Assembly: GCF_009914755.1 (NCBI RefSeq)
Contig: NC_060929.1
DNA from: the human T2T-CHM13v2.0 reference genome, Homo sapiens
DNA: 64,000 bases
Direction: 5' to 3' (one strand)
Position numbers and translations under genes: made by a program
Shown here: piece by piece, positions 1-13,160 of the stretch
Layout of the letters: each line of letters starts with the position of its first letter
Position numbering within the stretch: the stretch's first letter is position 1
The notes under the pieces: model-generated
What the model was told of the DNA's origin: nothing
Database searches by the model: none
The model's input: the letters and a program-made list of their open reading frames with translations, nothing else

Positions 1-70
1 ATCTCTTTCCTTTATAAATTACCCAGTCTCAGGAAAGTTCTTTATAGCAGTGTCAGAACAAACTAATACA
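1..70 (+). mobile_element. 3' end of MaLR LTR (MST/THE1 type), cut by window edge
   Basis: tttataaattacccagtctcagg...tttatagcagtg...actaataca is the typical THE1/MST LTR end; the same motif recurs at 35598-35656. Confidence 0.85.
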
Positions 71-459
71 GTCAGGCTCCCTTCAAGTATAAAGTCCATT
101 TAGATAGAAAGTATTCAGCATTAAAGAGTTTAAGAAATGCAGAATCAGTGATCCCACCCATGGAAAGGAACCATTAGAAAATAACACATCAACAACAAAT
201 TATGAATTAGAAAATGAAAAATTTGAATCAGTGAATCTGCATTATTTTGTAACGGTGTAAGCATGTCATTATACATTTGACAATACTCATAGCCTGTACA
301 AAGCAAAGAGTGAACACTAATGTGAACTTCTATTGATAGTATTTCAATATTGACTCATAAATTATAACAAAGGTACCACATTCATTTCTTCTAATATAGA
401 AGTAACTGGTAAATGGGTTTGCAACTGAAAGGGCATATGAGAACTCCACACTTTCCACT

Positions 460-1375
460 CAATTTGGTTGGTAGAGATATTAATCCTAAAGGTGCTTCTG
501 GTGAGGTCTCAGAAAGAGATGAAGAACATGTTACTGGTCAATGGAGGAAAGATGACCCTGGTCATAAAGTGCCGAGAACTTGACTGAATTACATTCTGCC
601 GTTGGGAGGAAAGTAGAATTTGTTAGCAAAGAACCGATATTTCCAAGCACAGTGTGGAACAAACTCTCTGGTTTCTCCTTCTTGCTTATACTAGCTTAAT
701 ATGAGAGAAAATAGATAAAATGAGGAATAAATCATTAAGCAAAAAGAAACCAACACTTGAGGATTTGGAAAATTCTCTGCTTATCCAGGCAGCAGCAAAA
801 GATGAGAAAAATAGATGCTCTGGAGAGAACATTAAAGCTATGGCTGGACAACCATTATTTAAGATTAGTAAAGAGATTAGACATGTGATTTATGGATTTA
901 ATCAAACATCTAACGAGAAACCAAGAATAAAAGTTGGGCTATTCGGGAAGGATCTGTGGAGAACTTTTATGTCTGGTGGCTTAGAATCCCATGAATTTCA
1001 TGGAAGACTGATAAGGGTTATGATAATTTTATACCAGCAGACACCATAAGCTGGGACTGATAGGATTGGAGATAAAAAGAAATAAGGGAAAAATGATACT
1101 GAGGGAAGAGCCATAGTTGCAGAGGCCAGAAAGGACAGAGCAGTGGGCCCAGAGTCTGGGCAGCTCAATGGGGACTCCAGAGCTAAGAGATGGGGTCACT
1201 GCCTTGTAGGACCCAGGGAATGAAGCATCAGGTCACAGAGAATTAGTATGTGGCCTTAAAGCCTAATCGAATTTGCCTGGCTAGGTTTTGGGGTTGCTTG
1301 GGACCCAAGACCCATTTTATGTTTCCAATTTCTCCCTTTTGGAACGTGAGTGCTATCTTATTTCTGTCTTATCAC
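460..1375 (+). mobile_element. MaLR internal fragment (MLT1-int-like)
   Basis: tctggtgaggtctcagaaagagatgaagaacatgttactggtcaatggagga and ccaatttctccctttttgga-like motifs parallel the THE1/MST internal sequence at 35870-37070. Confidence 0.65.
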
Positions 1376-1399
1376 ACTGTAAAGTTTTTTTTTTTTTAA

Positions 1400-1865
1400 G
1401 TTTAGTCACACGAAGTATGTTACTGGAGTAAAACACAATAAAATTAGAAATCAAACATGGCAGAAAAAATAAAAAATCAGAAATATGTGGGAATTAAAAA
1501 TGTACCACTAGATAATTAATGGGTCAAAGAAGAAATCATGACAGCAATGATAAATAATTTGATTTAGTGGAAAATGAAAACAAAACATAATAAATTGAAT
1601 AGAATACAGCTAAATCAGTGCTCAGAGGAAAATTTATAGCTGCAATATGCTTATATTAAAAATAGAAAGGTCTCAAATAATGACCAAATCTTCCACCTCA
1701 AGAAATTAGAAAGAACGTTAAGAACAAACAAAACCCAAAAGAAAAGACATTTTAAAGATTAGAGAAAAAAATAAATAAAACGGAGAATAGAAAAATGACA
1801 GAGAATATCAACAATGAAAATTGTGTTTTTTAAAATAATTGATAACATTATTCAACATTTTAGCT
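1400..1865 (+). mobile_element. Old L1M ORF2 fragment
   Basis: Degenerate match to the ORF2 post-endonuclease region (atgggtcaaagaagaaatc, cagtgctcagaggaaaatttatagc), homologous to about 14940-15370. Confidence 0.75.
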
Positions 1866-3853
1866 CCTTACAAGATTGTACAAGCTATGCCATCAATGAT
1901 TCCTGGTGCCTTCAATTTGTTAAATAGGTAAAAATGCACATACATTGAAGTATTGTGAGGATAAAATTAAATGGCAAGTGCTTAGTAAATATCCCCATGC
2001 CAGGTCCTTGGCATTTGAATGAAGTTCTGACTTTGTACATTTGAATATAGTTATGCATAGATGTATTTAAATGTGTGTATAAAGTACCTATTTTTTCTGT
2101 AGTTTATATTTTGTAACTCTTAATACTTTTGATATCTACTGCTTAAAATTTTACTACAAATTTAGATATGATTCTGAATTCTATTTAAATCTTAAAGTTT
2201 AGATATTAAAGACAATATTTATATATTTTGATTGTCTTTGGCTTCTTACCTTTTGGTCATTTATTGAGATAATTTTATATTTCAATTAAAATTAAGAAAG
2301 ACAATTTAATCATCATTTTATACTTTATTAAGTAATCATGGGTTGATTTATTTTATCATCACAATTTAGTTGAGGATAAAAATGTATACATCCCTCTCAA
2401 ATAAATAACAATTTAAGGTTAATTATTTGATGCCAGTAATAGTTTTAAGCTGAATAAAATTAGTTTACTGACAAAAATTTATAATATTACAATTTTAATC
2501 CATTAAGTAATCTTAGTTTATATCTGAAAAGGTTAACAATTCTGAAGTCTAAAAATATCAATTTTAAAATATTAAGAATCATTTTACCTTGAATTTTTTA
2601 AAGTAATATTTATTAGTCCACAGTGAATCCTTTGAGAAGTAAGTGAAGCAGATTTATTTCCCTAGAGACAGTGGATCACACAGTGTTAGAGCAAACAAAC
2701 ACACAAAAAAACTGACAGTGTATTTACATTTGCCTCAGGGGAGCTGGTACTTCCAAATTTTATGACAAAGTCTAATACTTTGAGGGAAATTTGATCTTTC
2801 TGACAGTACTACCAAGTTATCATCCCAAAAGTGAAAGAGTTTTGTCACATTTAGAAAGTCAAGGCAATTTATTATTAGGAGATAAGGAAACATGACTCTA
2901 TTTTTGCACAATATTTAGTGCAATGTCTTTAACTCTAGAATTTTAAAGGCATTCAATTTGGACAATATTGTCCCATATTAAACAGTTTAACTTTTTCAGT
3001 TGTGCTAATTAGTTATTATTATCTGGCTTTTTTCCATGGTTGAGAGAAGAACAGAAAAAGGAAGGGAGAGAGAGAGAGAGAGGGAGAGAGATCATTCATA
3101 ATCACTTCAAATAATGGCAAAACCATTTATATGTATAGGATATTTATCAATTAGAAAAAAAGTAACATCTAGCATTTTTTATTTATTCTTAGGCTATAAA
3201 ATGTATAAATAAAATAATACTTATTTTGAATAGCATATTATCAAATATCAAAACTAAATGTAATTTCTGAAATGAAAAATTTTTTAAATACACAGCCACT
3301 GATACACACACACACTTTATTAGGTGCTGATTATTTTATGAGTTCCTTGTTTGTCTGCTTTCAGTATGCTGGAGAGTAAGATAAGATTTTGTGGTTGAAC
3401 GTCTTATGGAAAAATTGAATTTCAAAGGTAAGTCACAGGTTTTTCTAAATCCAAGATATGTGGGGGTTGGGACAGTGACTGAAGCCATGTTTCATGGGAT
3501 TGTAAAACAAAATACAGAGCTGTGTAGAGCTTAAAGATGTGACAAATCAAGGCTGCAATACATGGCTCAAAATAAAATTAATATTGGAATCTGGAATTAT
3601 ACACAGAATATATTGAAATAAGGCAATCTATATGTGACACCAGACTAAATGAATCTCTTGAAAAAATTGTTGTCTGGAAAAAACAGAGTTTCACTAATGG
3701 AAAGGATTATATCACCAATAAGTTCCTTAAAAAAATTAGATGCTTCTTGCAGAAAACTTAATGATTATATGTCATAGCGTTTGCCAAGGAAGGAAGTGTA
3801 GAACACTGTCAAACATTTTATCCTTAGATGACTTTACTCAGATGATTTGCCCT

Positions 3854-3879
<26 letters not shown>

Positions 3880-3884
<5 letters not shown>

Positions 3885-4820
3885 TTAGGTTTTATTGAAG
3901 CATGATTTTAATGTAATCTTATTAATCAGTTTTAAACAAATAGTTTGGTACATTTTTTAAATGTTTGCTATTATTTAATCACTACCACAATTATGATATA
4001 GAACATTTTCATCACTCAAATAGTTTCCTCATGCTCCTTTGCAGTCAGTCTCTTCCCCATATCCTCTGGCTATTAGCAATCAATAAACTGCTTCCTAACA
4101 CTACATTAAATAAAATTGTATAATTTGTAATCTTTGGGGACTGGCTTTATATATCTCTGAGAATTATCTATGCTAATGTATATATCAGAAGTAAGTTCAT
4201 TTTTAATACTGATTTACATTCCATTATATGCATATACAATTTATCAAATTTTTAGATAGAACAAAGAAAGTTGCTATAAATGTCTGAGGTCTTGCCTTGG
4301 GGGTGCACATGTTTTAACTTATTTTGGTAGTTACATTGAAGTGAAATTGTTGATTCCATAATAATCATAGGTTTAACTTTCTAGTGGCTAGCCCGTTTGT
4401 CATTGCAATGCAGGGAAGTTCCTCACCAGTGTTTGGTAATGGCCATTCTTTTTAAATTCAATCATTTTGGTAGGGGTGTAAAGTCATCTTATTATGGTTT
4501 TAATTTGCATTTCCTAATAACTAATAACCCTGAGAACCTTGCTTTGTGCTTAATTATCATCCAAATATTTTGTTTGATGAAGTGCATCTTCAAATATTTT
4601 GGCAACTTTTATCAAATTATTTTTATTAATAAATTGTAAGAAGTCTTTATATATTCTGGATACAAATCCTTTATCAGATATATGATTTTTCATATCTTCT
4701 TTCAGTTTTTCACTATTTAGTATAATGCTAGCTATAGTTACTTTGTAGTATCCCTTTATCAGGATGAGAAGTTTGCTTTCTACTCCTAGTTTGCTGAGAT
4801 GTTTATCATAAATCATTGTA
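3880..4820 (-). mobile_element. Old L1M 3' fragments (antisense)
   Basis: ttttaatttgcatttcctaataactaat and tatattctggatacaaatcctttatcagata are reverse complements of L1 ORF2 3'-end motifs. Confidence 0.7.
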
Positions 4821-5744
4821 GAGTTTCATTAAATTCATGAGATTGTAGTAATATTAAAAAATTGGTTACAGGCAAGGAATAATGCCCTTATCACCTTACA
4901 AATGATAGTACTGCATAACCAAATAGTAGATAAGGGAAAGCATGTCTTTATAAAATTATTCCAATCAATAAATTAAAATAAATGACATAATTAGAATATC
5001 ACAATTCTGCAAGCCCTAATGAATAAGAAAAATAAAATATTTTATTTTTTACTTCATTTGTTCTTTCTCTAACACTTCCTTTGTTTATATACATCAGAGT
5101 TTCTGACCTGTATCTTTTTCCTTCTCTCTGAAGACCTTATTTTGACATTTCTTGCAAGGCAGGTCTCTTGGTGATAAATTCCCTCTCAATTTTTAGTTTT
5201 CTGAAAGAGTCTACTTCTTCACTTTTGAAGGATAATTTCACTGCTTAATGAAGTCTAGGTTGGTGATTTTTGTTTTCTTTCAACATTTTATATATTTTAC
5301 TTCACTCTCGTCTTGCTTGCACAGTTTCAGAGGAACAGTGTGGTGTAATTCATATCCATGTTCTTCTGTGGGATTTTTTTTCTTCATTTGTTTTGTTCGT
5401 ATTCCCCCTTATGCCCCCTTAAAATTTTAACTCACAAACTACTCCATACTGACCCTCTAGCAATCCATCAATTACAGATTAAAGTGCTTCTACCAACAGT
5501 GTTTCCAGCTGCAGGCTTCTGCTCCTGGACTTTTTTACCTGGACTTCTTTACCCACAAACTGTGAGTCTCTGTATCTCTCTGTCCATCTCTCACCATTTT
5601 CAGGGCAAAAGTTTTTTTTCTATTACTCATTTATTTGTTGAATCTAAATGTTGTTGATATTCAGTTAGTCCAGCTTTGTTCTTGTTGTGAAGATTAGAGT
5701 GAGAATCTCCAATGTCTTTACATGTCAGATCAGAAACATACACA

Positions 5745-7022
5745 AAACTCAAAACAATAAAACTTCTAGAATAAAACAAGGGATTAAATACAGGTGATTA
5801 TGAGTTTCCCAGTAAAGTGTTACATACAACATCAAAAACATGATTCATGAGAAAAACAAATTTTATATTAAACTATATTAAAAGCAAAAATTTCTGCTCT
5901 ATGAAAGACACTATTAAGAAAATGAAAACACAGACCACTGACTGGAAGCACATATTTATATAAGACAAACCTGATAAAGGAGTTGTATCTGGAATATACA
6001 AATAAGTCTTAAGACTCCACAATAAGAAAACAAATAATCCAATTAGAAAATAGACAAAAGATCTGAACAGATACTTCAGCAAAGATACATGGATGCCAAA
6101 TAAGCATATGCAAATATGCTCATCATAAGCCATTAGGGAATTGTAGATTAAGACAGCAAAATACCATTACATATCTGTTAGAGTGGCTAAAATCCAAAAC
6201 CATAACAATATCAGATTGTGAGGAGTTAAAGCAAAAGTACTTTAATTCATTGCTGATGGAAATTTAAAATAGTATAGCCACTTTGAAAGATGGTTTGGAA
6301 GTTTCTTACAAAGCTACATACAGTCTTACCTTATAATATGACAACTGAAATCCAATTTACCAAAAGTAGTTGAAAACATATCACCAAAGCATGCACATAA
6401 ATGTTTATAGCAGTTTTATTCATAATTCTCCAAACTGGAAACAACCAAGATATTCCTCAATAAATATATTAACAAATGAAATGTGTTATATTCATACAAT
6501 GGAATACTTTTCAGCAATACAAAGAAATGGCTATCAAGCTATGAAAAGACATGGAGACATCTTAAATGTATGTTACTAAGTTAAATCAAGCAATCTTAAA
6601 GACTACACTGTATGATTCCAATTATATGACATTCCGGAAAAGGCAAAACTAAAGGCAGTGGAAAGATTAGTTTTTGCCAGGGGTTGATGGGAGGGAAGGA
6701 AGGCTAAGAAGATGGAGCACAGAGGATTTTTAGGGCAGTGAAACCATTCTGTATGAAAATGTAATGGTGGATACATGACATGAGGCAATTGACAAAACCA
6801 ATATAATTTTTTAACACAGAGAATGAACTTTAATGTAAACTATGAGCTTCAGTTATGAATAGTGTGCCAATATCAACTGCAATAAATGTACTATGCTAAT
6901 TCAAAATATTAATAATAAATTAAACATAGTGGGAGTCGCATATGTGAGATCTCTTGAGTTCAATTTCTCCATAAATCTAAAACTGCTCTAAGAAATAAAG
7001 TATATTAATTACATGAAAAAAA
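5745..7022 (+). mobile_element. Old L1 (L1MC/L1MD-like) 3' end
   Basis: Degenerate ORF2 C-terminus (ctgctctatgaaagacact, ccaaactggaaacaacc), L1M-type 3'UTR, aataaa near 6994 and an A-rich end. Confidence 0.75.
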
Positions 7023-7519
7023 GAAGTCCTGAGACTACCTATATTGAGGACACACTTCCCATCATGTTGCTTTATCTTGGATCTATTGACCAGAGAGGCG
7101 TACCATGGAAAGGTTTTAGGGTATGGAGAAACTCCTCAATCTGTGTGAAAACTTTCTATCCTTGTAATTTACAGTTTGTATGAAATTCTTGTTATAGACG
7201 TTGATCTGAAAGCTTTAAAACCCACATTGAAGTGTTAATGTTAATCCTGAAGTCTACTGCTATTTTCTTAAATCTTAATAAATATTTCTTAAGCAACTTA
7301 ACTCAGGTAAAACATTTTTCACAGATAATTCTTTTTTCCAAGTCTTGACACTGTAATTTAGTTACGGAAAATTTCCTAAAACATTAAGTAACCAATATAT
7401 TAAAAACTTTTATCCAAAATTGTATGTGCTCATTCATTTAGCTTTGTTGCTTTCTTTTTAAACACAATTGTCAGTTTACATGGCACTTTTGGCTTCTCCA
7501 GTACACAGATTTTTGTTGT

Positions 7520-8020
7520 TATTTTTCAGAGTTCAGAAAGAATGACCTGTCCCATGTGATTTTTGGGATACGATATATTTCTATCTAAATCTTAGTGTCC
7601 ATGTCTTGAAGAACCCTGGCAGCAGCAGCATTTTGATTAAACTAATAACTTAAGTTTCATGCCAGTTGGATGCACAAAAGTCTTGACTTCCATTTGCTGT
7701 GACTGCACTGCAATGAAGACAGATAGTTCAAACTATTTTGATTAAAAGTTCTGATCACAGTTGCATAATGGTTTGGCCACTCTGAATATGAAATAAGCTA
7801 AATGAATTATAGCACATGAACTTAATCAACTTCATCTTGTTTATATCCAGGCTCCTCTCCAACTCATCAAGGTCATTTTGAATTTTAATACAGCTTTTAA
7901 ATGTGCTAATTGTCCTACCAAATTGGTGTCATCAGCAAATTTACTAAAGATACACTCTGGTTCATCACCCCAATCATTAATTTTTAAAATGTTTAATAGT
8001 AGCATACTAAGTATGACCCC
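7520..8020 (-). mobile_element. Ancient CR1/L3 LINE reverse-transcriptase fragment
   Basis: Minus strand near 7980-7830 translates to NDWGDEPECIFSKFADDTNL and, after a frameshift, IQNDLDELE..INKMK. This matches the CR1 RT signature INDLD.G.ECTLSKFADDTKL...IQRDLDRLE (KFADDT at about 7925-7942). Confidence 0.75.
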
Positions 8021-8745
8021 AACAAAAATATAGTTAGCACTTAAAATTTCAAAAGACGGTACTTTATCATCAGTTGCCTGACAACTTGATATTTTCCATA
8101 GGTTAAAAAATAGATTTGTTTCTTTTATTAAAGTACAAAGTTATGTTTATCTATGTGTAAATGCTAGTGTCAGGCATTTTGATCTTAGAACTAGAAAGTA
8201 GGGAATACGTCTGTTATTCCTTGCTGATATTTTGATACACTATCACTTTTATTTGATTTGCCTGCAATTAAAATATCCCACCTATCATCCTTTCTTCTCT
8301 CTGTCTTATGTGACCTCACTTTTACAGCAACCAATACTTGAAATATTTAGGGCCTGTACTTCACCACTGTGCCTGGTTCAATCACCTTAACATCCCATTA
8401 CCCTGACTTTCCAAAGCCCTATATAGATTTTTACTGCATTCTTCCTCAGGCAAAAACACATGCTTATACCTCAGAACTTGTCACAATAATATGATAACAT
8501 TTCAAAAATGTGGAACAATCATCCTCGGTTGTTGTTCTACCTTTATTTTAATATCCCTCTTTAATAATAATTTTACCTAATTTCAACACAGAATTCATCA
8601 GCCCTATCACCTTTCAAGATTCACATTTTCCTTCATCCTCTGTTTCTTCTTTGCTCAGGCTAGAAAATCTATGGAATGGTATTATCATTCTCTAGCAAAC
8701 CCAGCTTCATGCTCTTTGGCCTCTTGCCTATGTGCTTGACTAATT

Positions 8746-9200
8746 TATATTAATTTCCTAGGGCTGCCATAAAACTTACTACAAACTAGGAGGCTTAAAG
8801 CAACAAAGATATATCCTCTCACATTTCTGGATAATTCAAGTCTGAAATCAAGGTGTTGGCAGAGTCATGTTCTCTCTGAGGGCTCTAGGGAAGAATCTTC
8901 CCTTGCCTCTTCCTCGTTTCTTTTGATTGATGGCAATCCTTAGCATTTCTTGAATTCACTACAATTCTGCCTCACTACAATTTCTGTACTTATCTTCACA
9001 AGACCTTATTCCCTCGAGGTGGGTCTTTCTATCCAAATCTCCCTCTCCTTATAAGAATACTAGTCATTATATTTAGAGCCCACCCTAATCCACATACATT
9101 TATCTTAATTTACAACCTATGCAAGGATTCTACTTCAAAATGAAGTCACATTCTGAGGTTCTGGGTGGACATAAATTTTGAGGGGATATTATTCACACAG
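8746..9200 (-). mobile_element. MLT1 (A-C type) solo LTR
   Basis: tattaatttcctagggctgccataa...ggaggcttaaagcaaca...tctgagggctctagggaagaatc...gtcacattctgaggttctggg. Confidence 0.8.
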
Positions 9201-9546
9201 TACTTTGACAAGCTCCAATCCTTGTTAGACTCACAAAATTTCTATTGGATTTTTCAAATTGGATTTCATAATATATCTGCAGAAAATAACATATGTGAAC
9301 TTGCCACTTAGAAATCATGACAACAAATCAATAATACCTCTTACTATCCAAAATTCTTCCTATTCCTTAGAAATGAAAGTCCACCTTCTTAGAGGGTTAT
9401 TTTACATTTTCTTTAATTATCTAAAATGTACATTTTAAGAAAGGAGATGACAACTCATGTAACTAGCCACTGCCAGTTTACTGTAACCAGGACTGATATT
9501 CGGGGTCAATATTTATCCCATTGCCTTCCACTTACAGGAGAACTAG

Positions 9547-9956
<410 letters not shown>

Positions 9957-10450
9957 TATTTTTCACTATTTCCATTACTATGCAACTACTGACTCATGTT
10001 CCGGTTGTTAGAAAACAACCTCCACTTATTCTATAATCATTTCTATTTCATCCTGCTATATCTGGGAATACTATAGCCAATACTTCACTAAAATTATTTT
10101 AATTCTTTTTAATAACTCTATTTTGCCAAATTCTTAAGTCTGCTGTCTGTTTTTGCCTTATGAGAAATCTTCTCACTATTCACCCCAGCTGACCACATTT
10201 TATATTTCTTAATATTTTTCGTTAGTTGCATGACAACAGTACTCTCCAGACCCCTTCTGTATTGCTGGCTGTACATTTTCAGTCATCAGGAGAAGCAAAT
10301 TTAATTTGCCTCTTCCTAATTTAACTAACTGCTCAACGCTAGAGTGCTTTAGAGCAACCATTTCAGAGTTCTTTTCTGTATACTTCTAATTTCTAAATAA
10401 ATAGACACCTAAAGGATGATTTCATCCCACAGCCTCGAGGTCTCTGATAG

Positions 10451-11232
10451 CTATATCTATATCTATATCTATATATATCTATATATATCTATATCTATAT
10501 CTATATATATCTATATATATCTATATCTATATATCTATCTATCTATATATATCTATATATATCTATATCTCTATCTATATCTCTATCTCTATCTATAGAT
10601 CTATATATATCTATATATATCTATATAGATATATAGACATATAGATATAGATAGAGATATAGATATATATAGATATAGATATATATAGATAAATATAGAT
10701 ATATATAGACATAGATATATATAGATAGATATATATCTAGATATATATAGATATAGACATAGATATATATAGAGATATATATAGATATTGATATAGATAT
10801 ATAGATATAGATATAGATATAGATATATAGATATAGATATAGATATATAGATATATAGATATAGATATATATAGATATAGATAGATATAGATATATATAG
10901 ATATAGATAGATATAGATATAGATATAGATATATAGATATATAGATATAGATATAGATATAGATATATAGATATATAGATATAGATATATAGATATATAT
11001 AGATATATATAGATATATATAGATATATATAGATATATATAGATATATATAGATATATATATAGATATATATAGATATATATAGAGATATATATAGATAT
11101 ATATAGAGATATATATAGATATATATAGATATATAGATATAGATATATATATAGATATATAGATATAGATATAGATATGTATATATAGATATATGGATAT
11201 AGATATAGATATGTATATATAGATATATATCT
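10451..11232. repeat. Compound (TA)n/(TATC)n/(TAGA)n microsatellite with internal strand switch
   Basis: About 780 bp almost entirely of ATAT/ATCT units (left) and ATAT/AGAT units (right). Confidence 0.97.
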
Positions 11233-11339
11233 AGCCTTAGTTTCTATCCAGTTCAGAGCATTTAGGTGCTCAGAACAGAAACCTACATCACATTCTGTTC
11301 TGGTCTAACCTCTGGTCCAATACACTTACTTTAGATGTT

Positions 11340-11393
11340 GAAACAAAACAAAACCAAACAAACAAAACAAAACAAAACAAAACAAAAAAAAAC
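11340..11393. repeat. (CAAAA)n simple repeat
   Basis: aaacaaaacaaaaccaaacaaacaaaacaaaacaaaacaaaacaaaaaaa. Confidence 0.9.
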
Positions 11394-11625
11394 ATGTAGA
11401 CAATCAGAGCAGATAAATAGTAGGGGCCAAGTATGTTATGCCTAGGGAGAACATGGTGGGTAGAGGCAGCATAAAGTGTGAAGGTGTATACAGACCAAAG
11501 GGTAAATTATATTCAAGAGAAATAGAAAGATTCATGTACTAAGTTCAAGGAAAGAATAGCAGGATATAAGGAGGGAGACTGTGAATGAGTCCAGAACATG
11601 TACAACATTCTAAATGTTAAAGAAT

Positions 11626-12257
11626 AAGACATTTATGCAGCCAACAAACATATGGAAAAAAGCTCATCATCACTGGTCATTAGAGAAATGCAAATCAAAA
11701 CCACAGTGAGATATTATCTAACGCCAGTTAGAATGGCAGTCATTAAAAAGTCAGGAAACAACAGATGCTGGAGAAGACATGGAGAAATAGGAACACTTTT
11801 ACACTGTTGGTGGGAGTGTAAATTACTTCAGCCATTGTGGAAGACAGTGTGGTGATTCCTCAAGGACCTAGAACTAGAAATACTTTTACACTGTTGGTGG
11901 GAGTGTAAATTACTTCAGCCATTGTGGAAGACCATGTGGTGACTCCTCAAGGACCTAGAACTAGAAATACCATTTGACCCAGCAATCCCATTACTGGGTA
12001 TATACACAAAGGATTATAAATCATGCTACTATAAAGATACATGCACATGTATGTTTATTGTGGTACTGTTCACAATAGCAAAGACTTAGAACCAACCCAA
12101 ATGTCCATCACTGATCGACTGGATAAAGATAATCTGGCACATATACACTATGGAATACTATGCAGTCATAAAAAAGATCAGTTCATGTCCTTTGCAGGGA
12201 CATGGATGAAGCTGGAAACCATCATTCTCAGCAAACTAACACAAGAACCGAAAACCA
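11626..12257 (+). mobile_element. 5'-truncated older L1PA (about L1PA7-8 type), left part, with internal 87-bp tandem duplication
   Basis: ORF2 C-terminal peptide [18 protein letters not shown]...[10 protein letters not shown]; the element continues seamlessly at 18437 after the nested L1. Confidence 0.9.
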
Positions 12258-13160
12258 GGAGGGAGGAGCCAAGATGGCCGAATAGGAACAGCTCCGGTCT
12301 ACAGCTCCCAGCGTGAGCGACGCAGAAGACGGGTGATTTCTGCATTTCCATCTGAGGTACCGGGTTCATCTCACTAGGGAGTGCTAGACAGTGGGCGCGG
12401 GTCAGTAGGTGCGCGCACCATGCACAAGACAAAGCAGGGTGAGGCATTGCCTCACTTGGGAAGCACAAGGGGTCAGGGAGTTCCCTTTCCGAGTCAAAGA
12501 AAGGGGTGACGGACGCACCTGGAAAATCGGGTCACTCCCACCCGAATATTGCGCTTTTCGGACCGGCTTAAAAAACTGCGCACCACGAGATTATATCCCG
12601 CACCTGGCTCGGAGGGTCCTACGCCCACGGAATCTCGCTGATTGCTAGCACAGGAGTCTGAGATCAAACTGCAAGGCGGCAGTGAGGCTGGGGGAGGGGC
12701 GCCCGCCATTGCCCAGGCTGGCTTAGGTAAAGCAGCAGGGAAGCTCGAACTGGGTGGAGCCCACCACAGCTCAAGGAGGCCTGCCTGCCTCTGTAGGCTC
12801 CACCTCTGGGGGCAGGGCACAGACAAACAAAAAGACAGCAGTAACCTCTGCAGACTTAAATGTCCCTGTCTGACAGCTTTGAAGAGAGCAGTGGTTCTCC
12901 CAGCACGCAGCTGGAGATCTGAGAACGGGCAGACTGCCTCCTCAAGTGGGTCCCTGACCCCTGACCCCCGAGCAGCCTAACTGGGAGGCACCCCCCAGCA
13001 GGGGCACACTGACACCTCACACGGCAGGGTATTCCAACAGACCTGCAGCTGAGGGTCCTGTCTGTTAGAAGGAAAACTAACAAACAGAAAGGACATCCAC
13101 ACCAAAAACCCATCCGAACATCACCATCATCAAAGACCAAAAGTAGATAAAACCACAAAG
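12258..13160 (+). promoter_or_regulatory. L1 5'UTR internal sense/antisense promoter
   Basis: Intact YY1 site AAGATGGCCG at 12271-12280 and many retained CpGs. Length matches the short form lacking the 129-bp ZNF93-binding segment. Confidence 0.85.
12494..12709 (-). CDS. L1 antisense ORF0, 71 aa, open
   Basis: MAGAPPPASLPPCSLISDSCASNQRDSVGVGPSEPGAGYNLVVRSFLSRSEKRNIRVGVTRFSRCVRHPFL; ATG at 12709-12707; matches primate L1 ORF0. Expression unknown. Confidence 0.8.
   Translation of the reverse strand: MAGAPPPASLPPCSLISDSCASNQRDSVGVGPSEPGAGYNLVVRSFLSRSEKRNIRVGVTRFSRCVRHPFL

Noticed and set aside
720-1049. 109-aa ORF
   Set aside because: Lies in a MaLR internal remnant; no sign of a cellular gene.
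10416-10598. Y/I/L-rich ORF
   Set aside because: Microsatellite translation.
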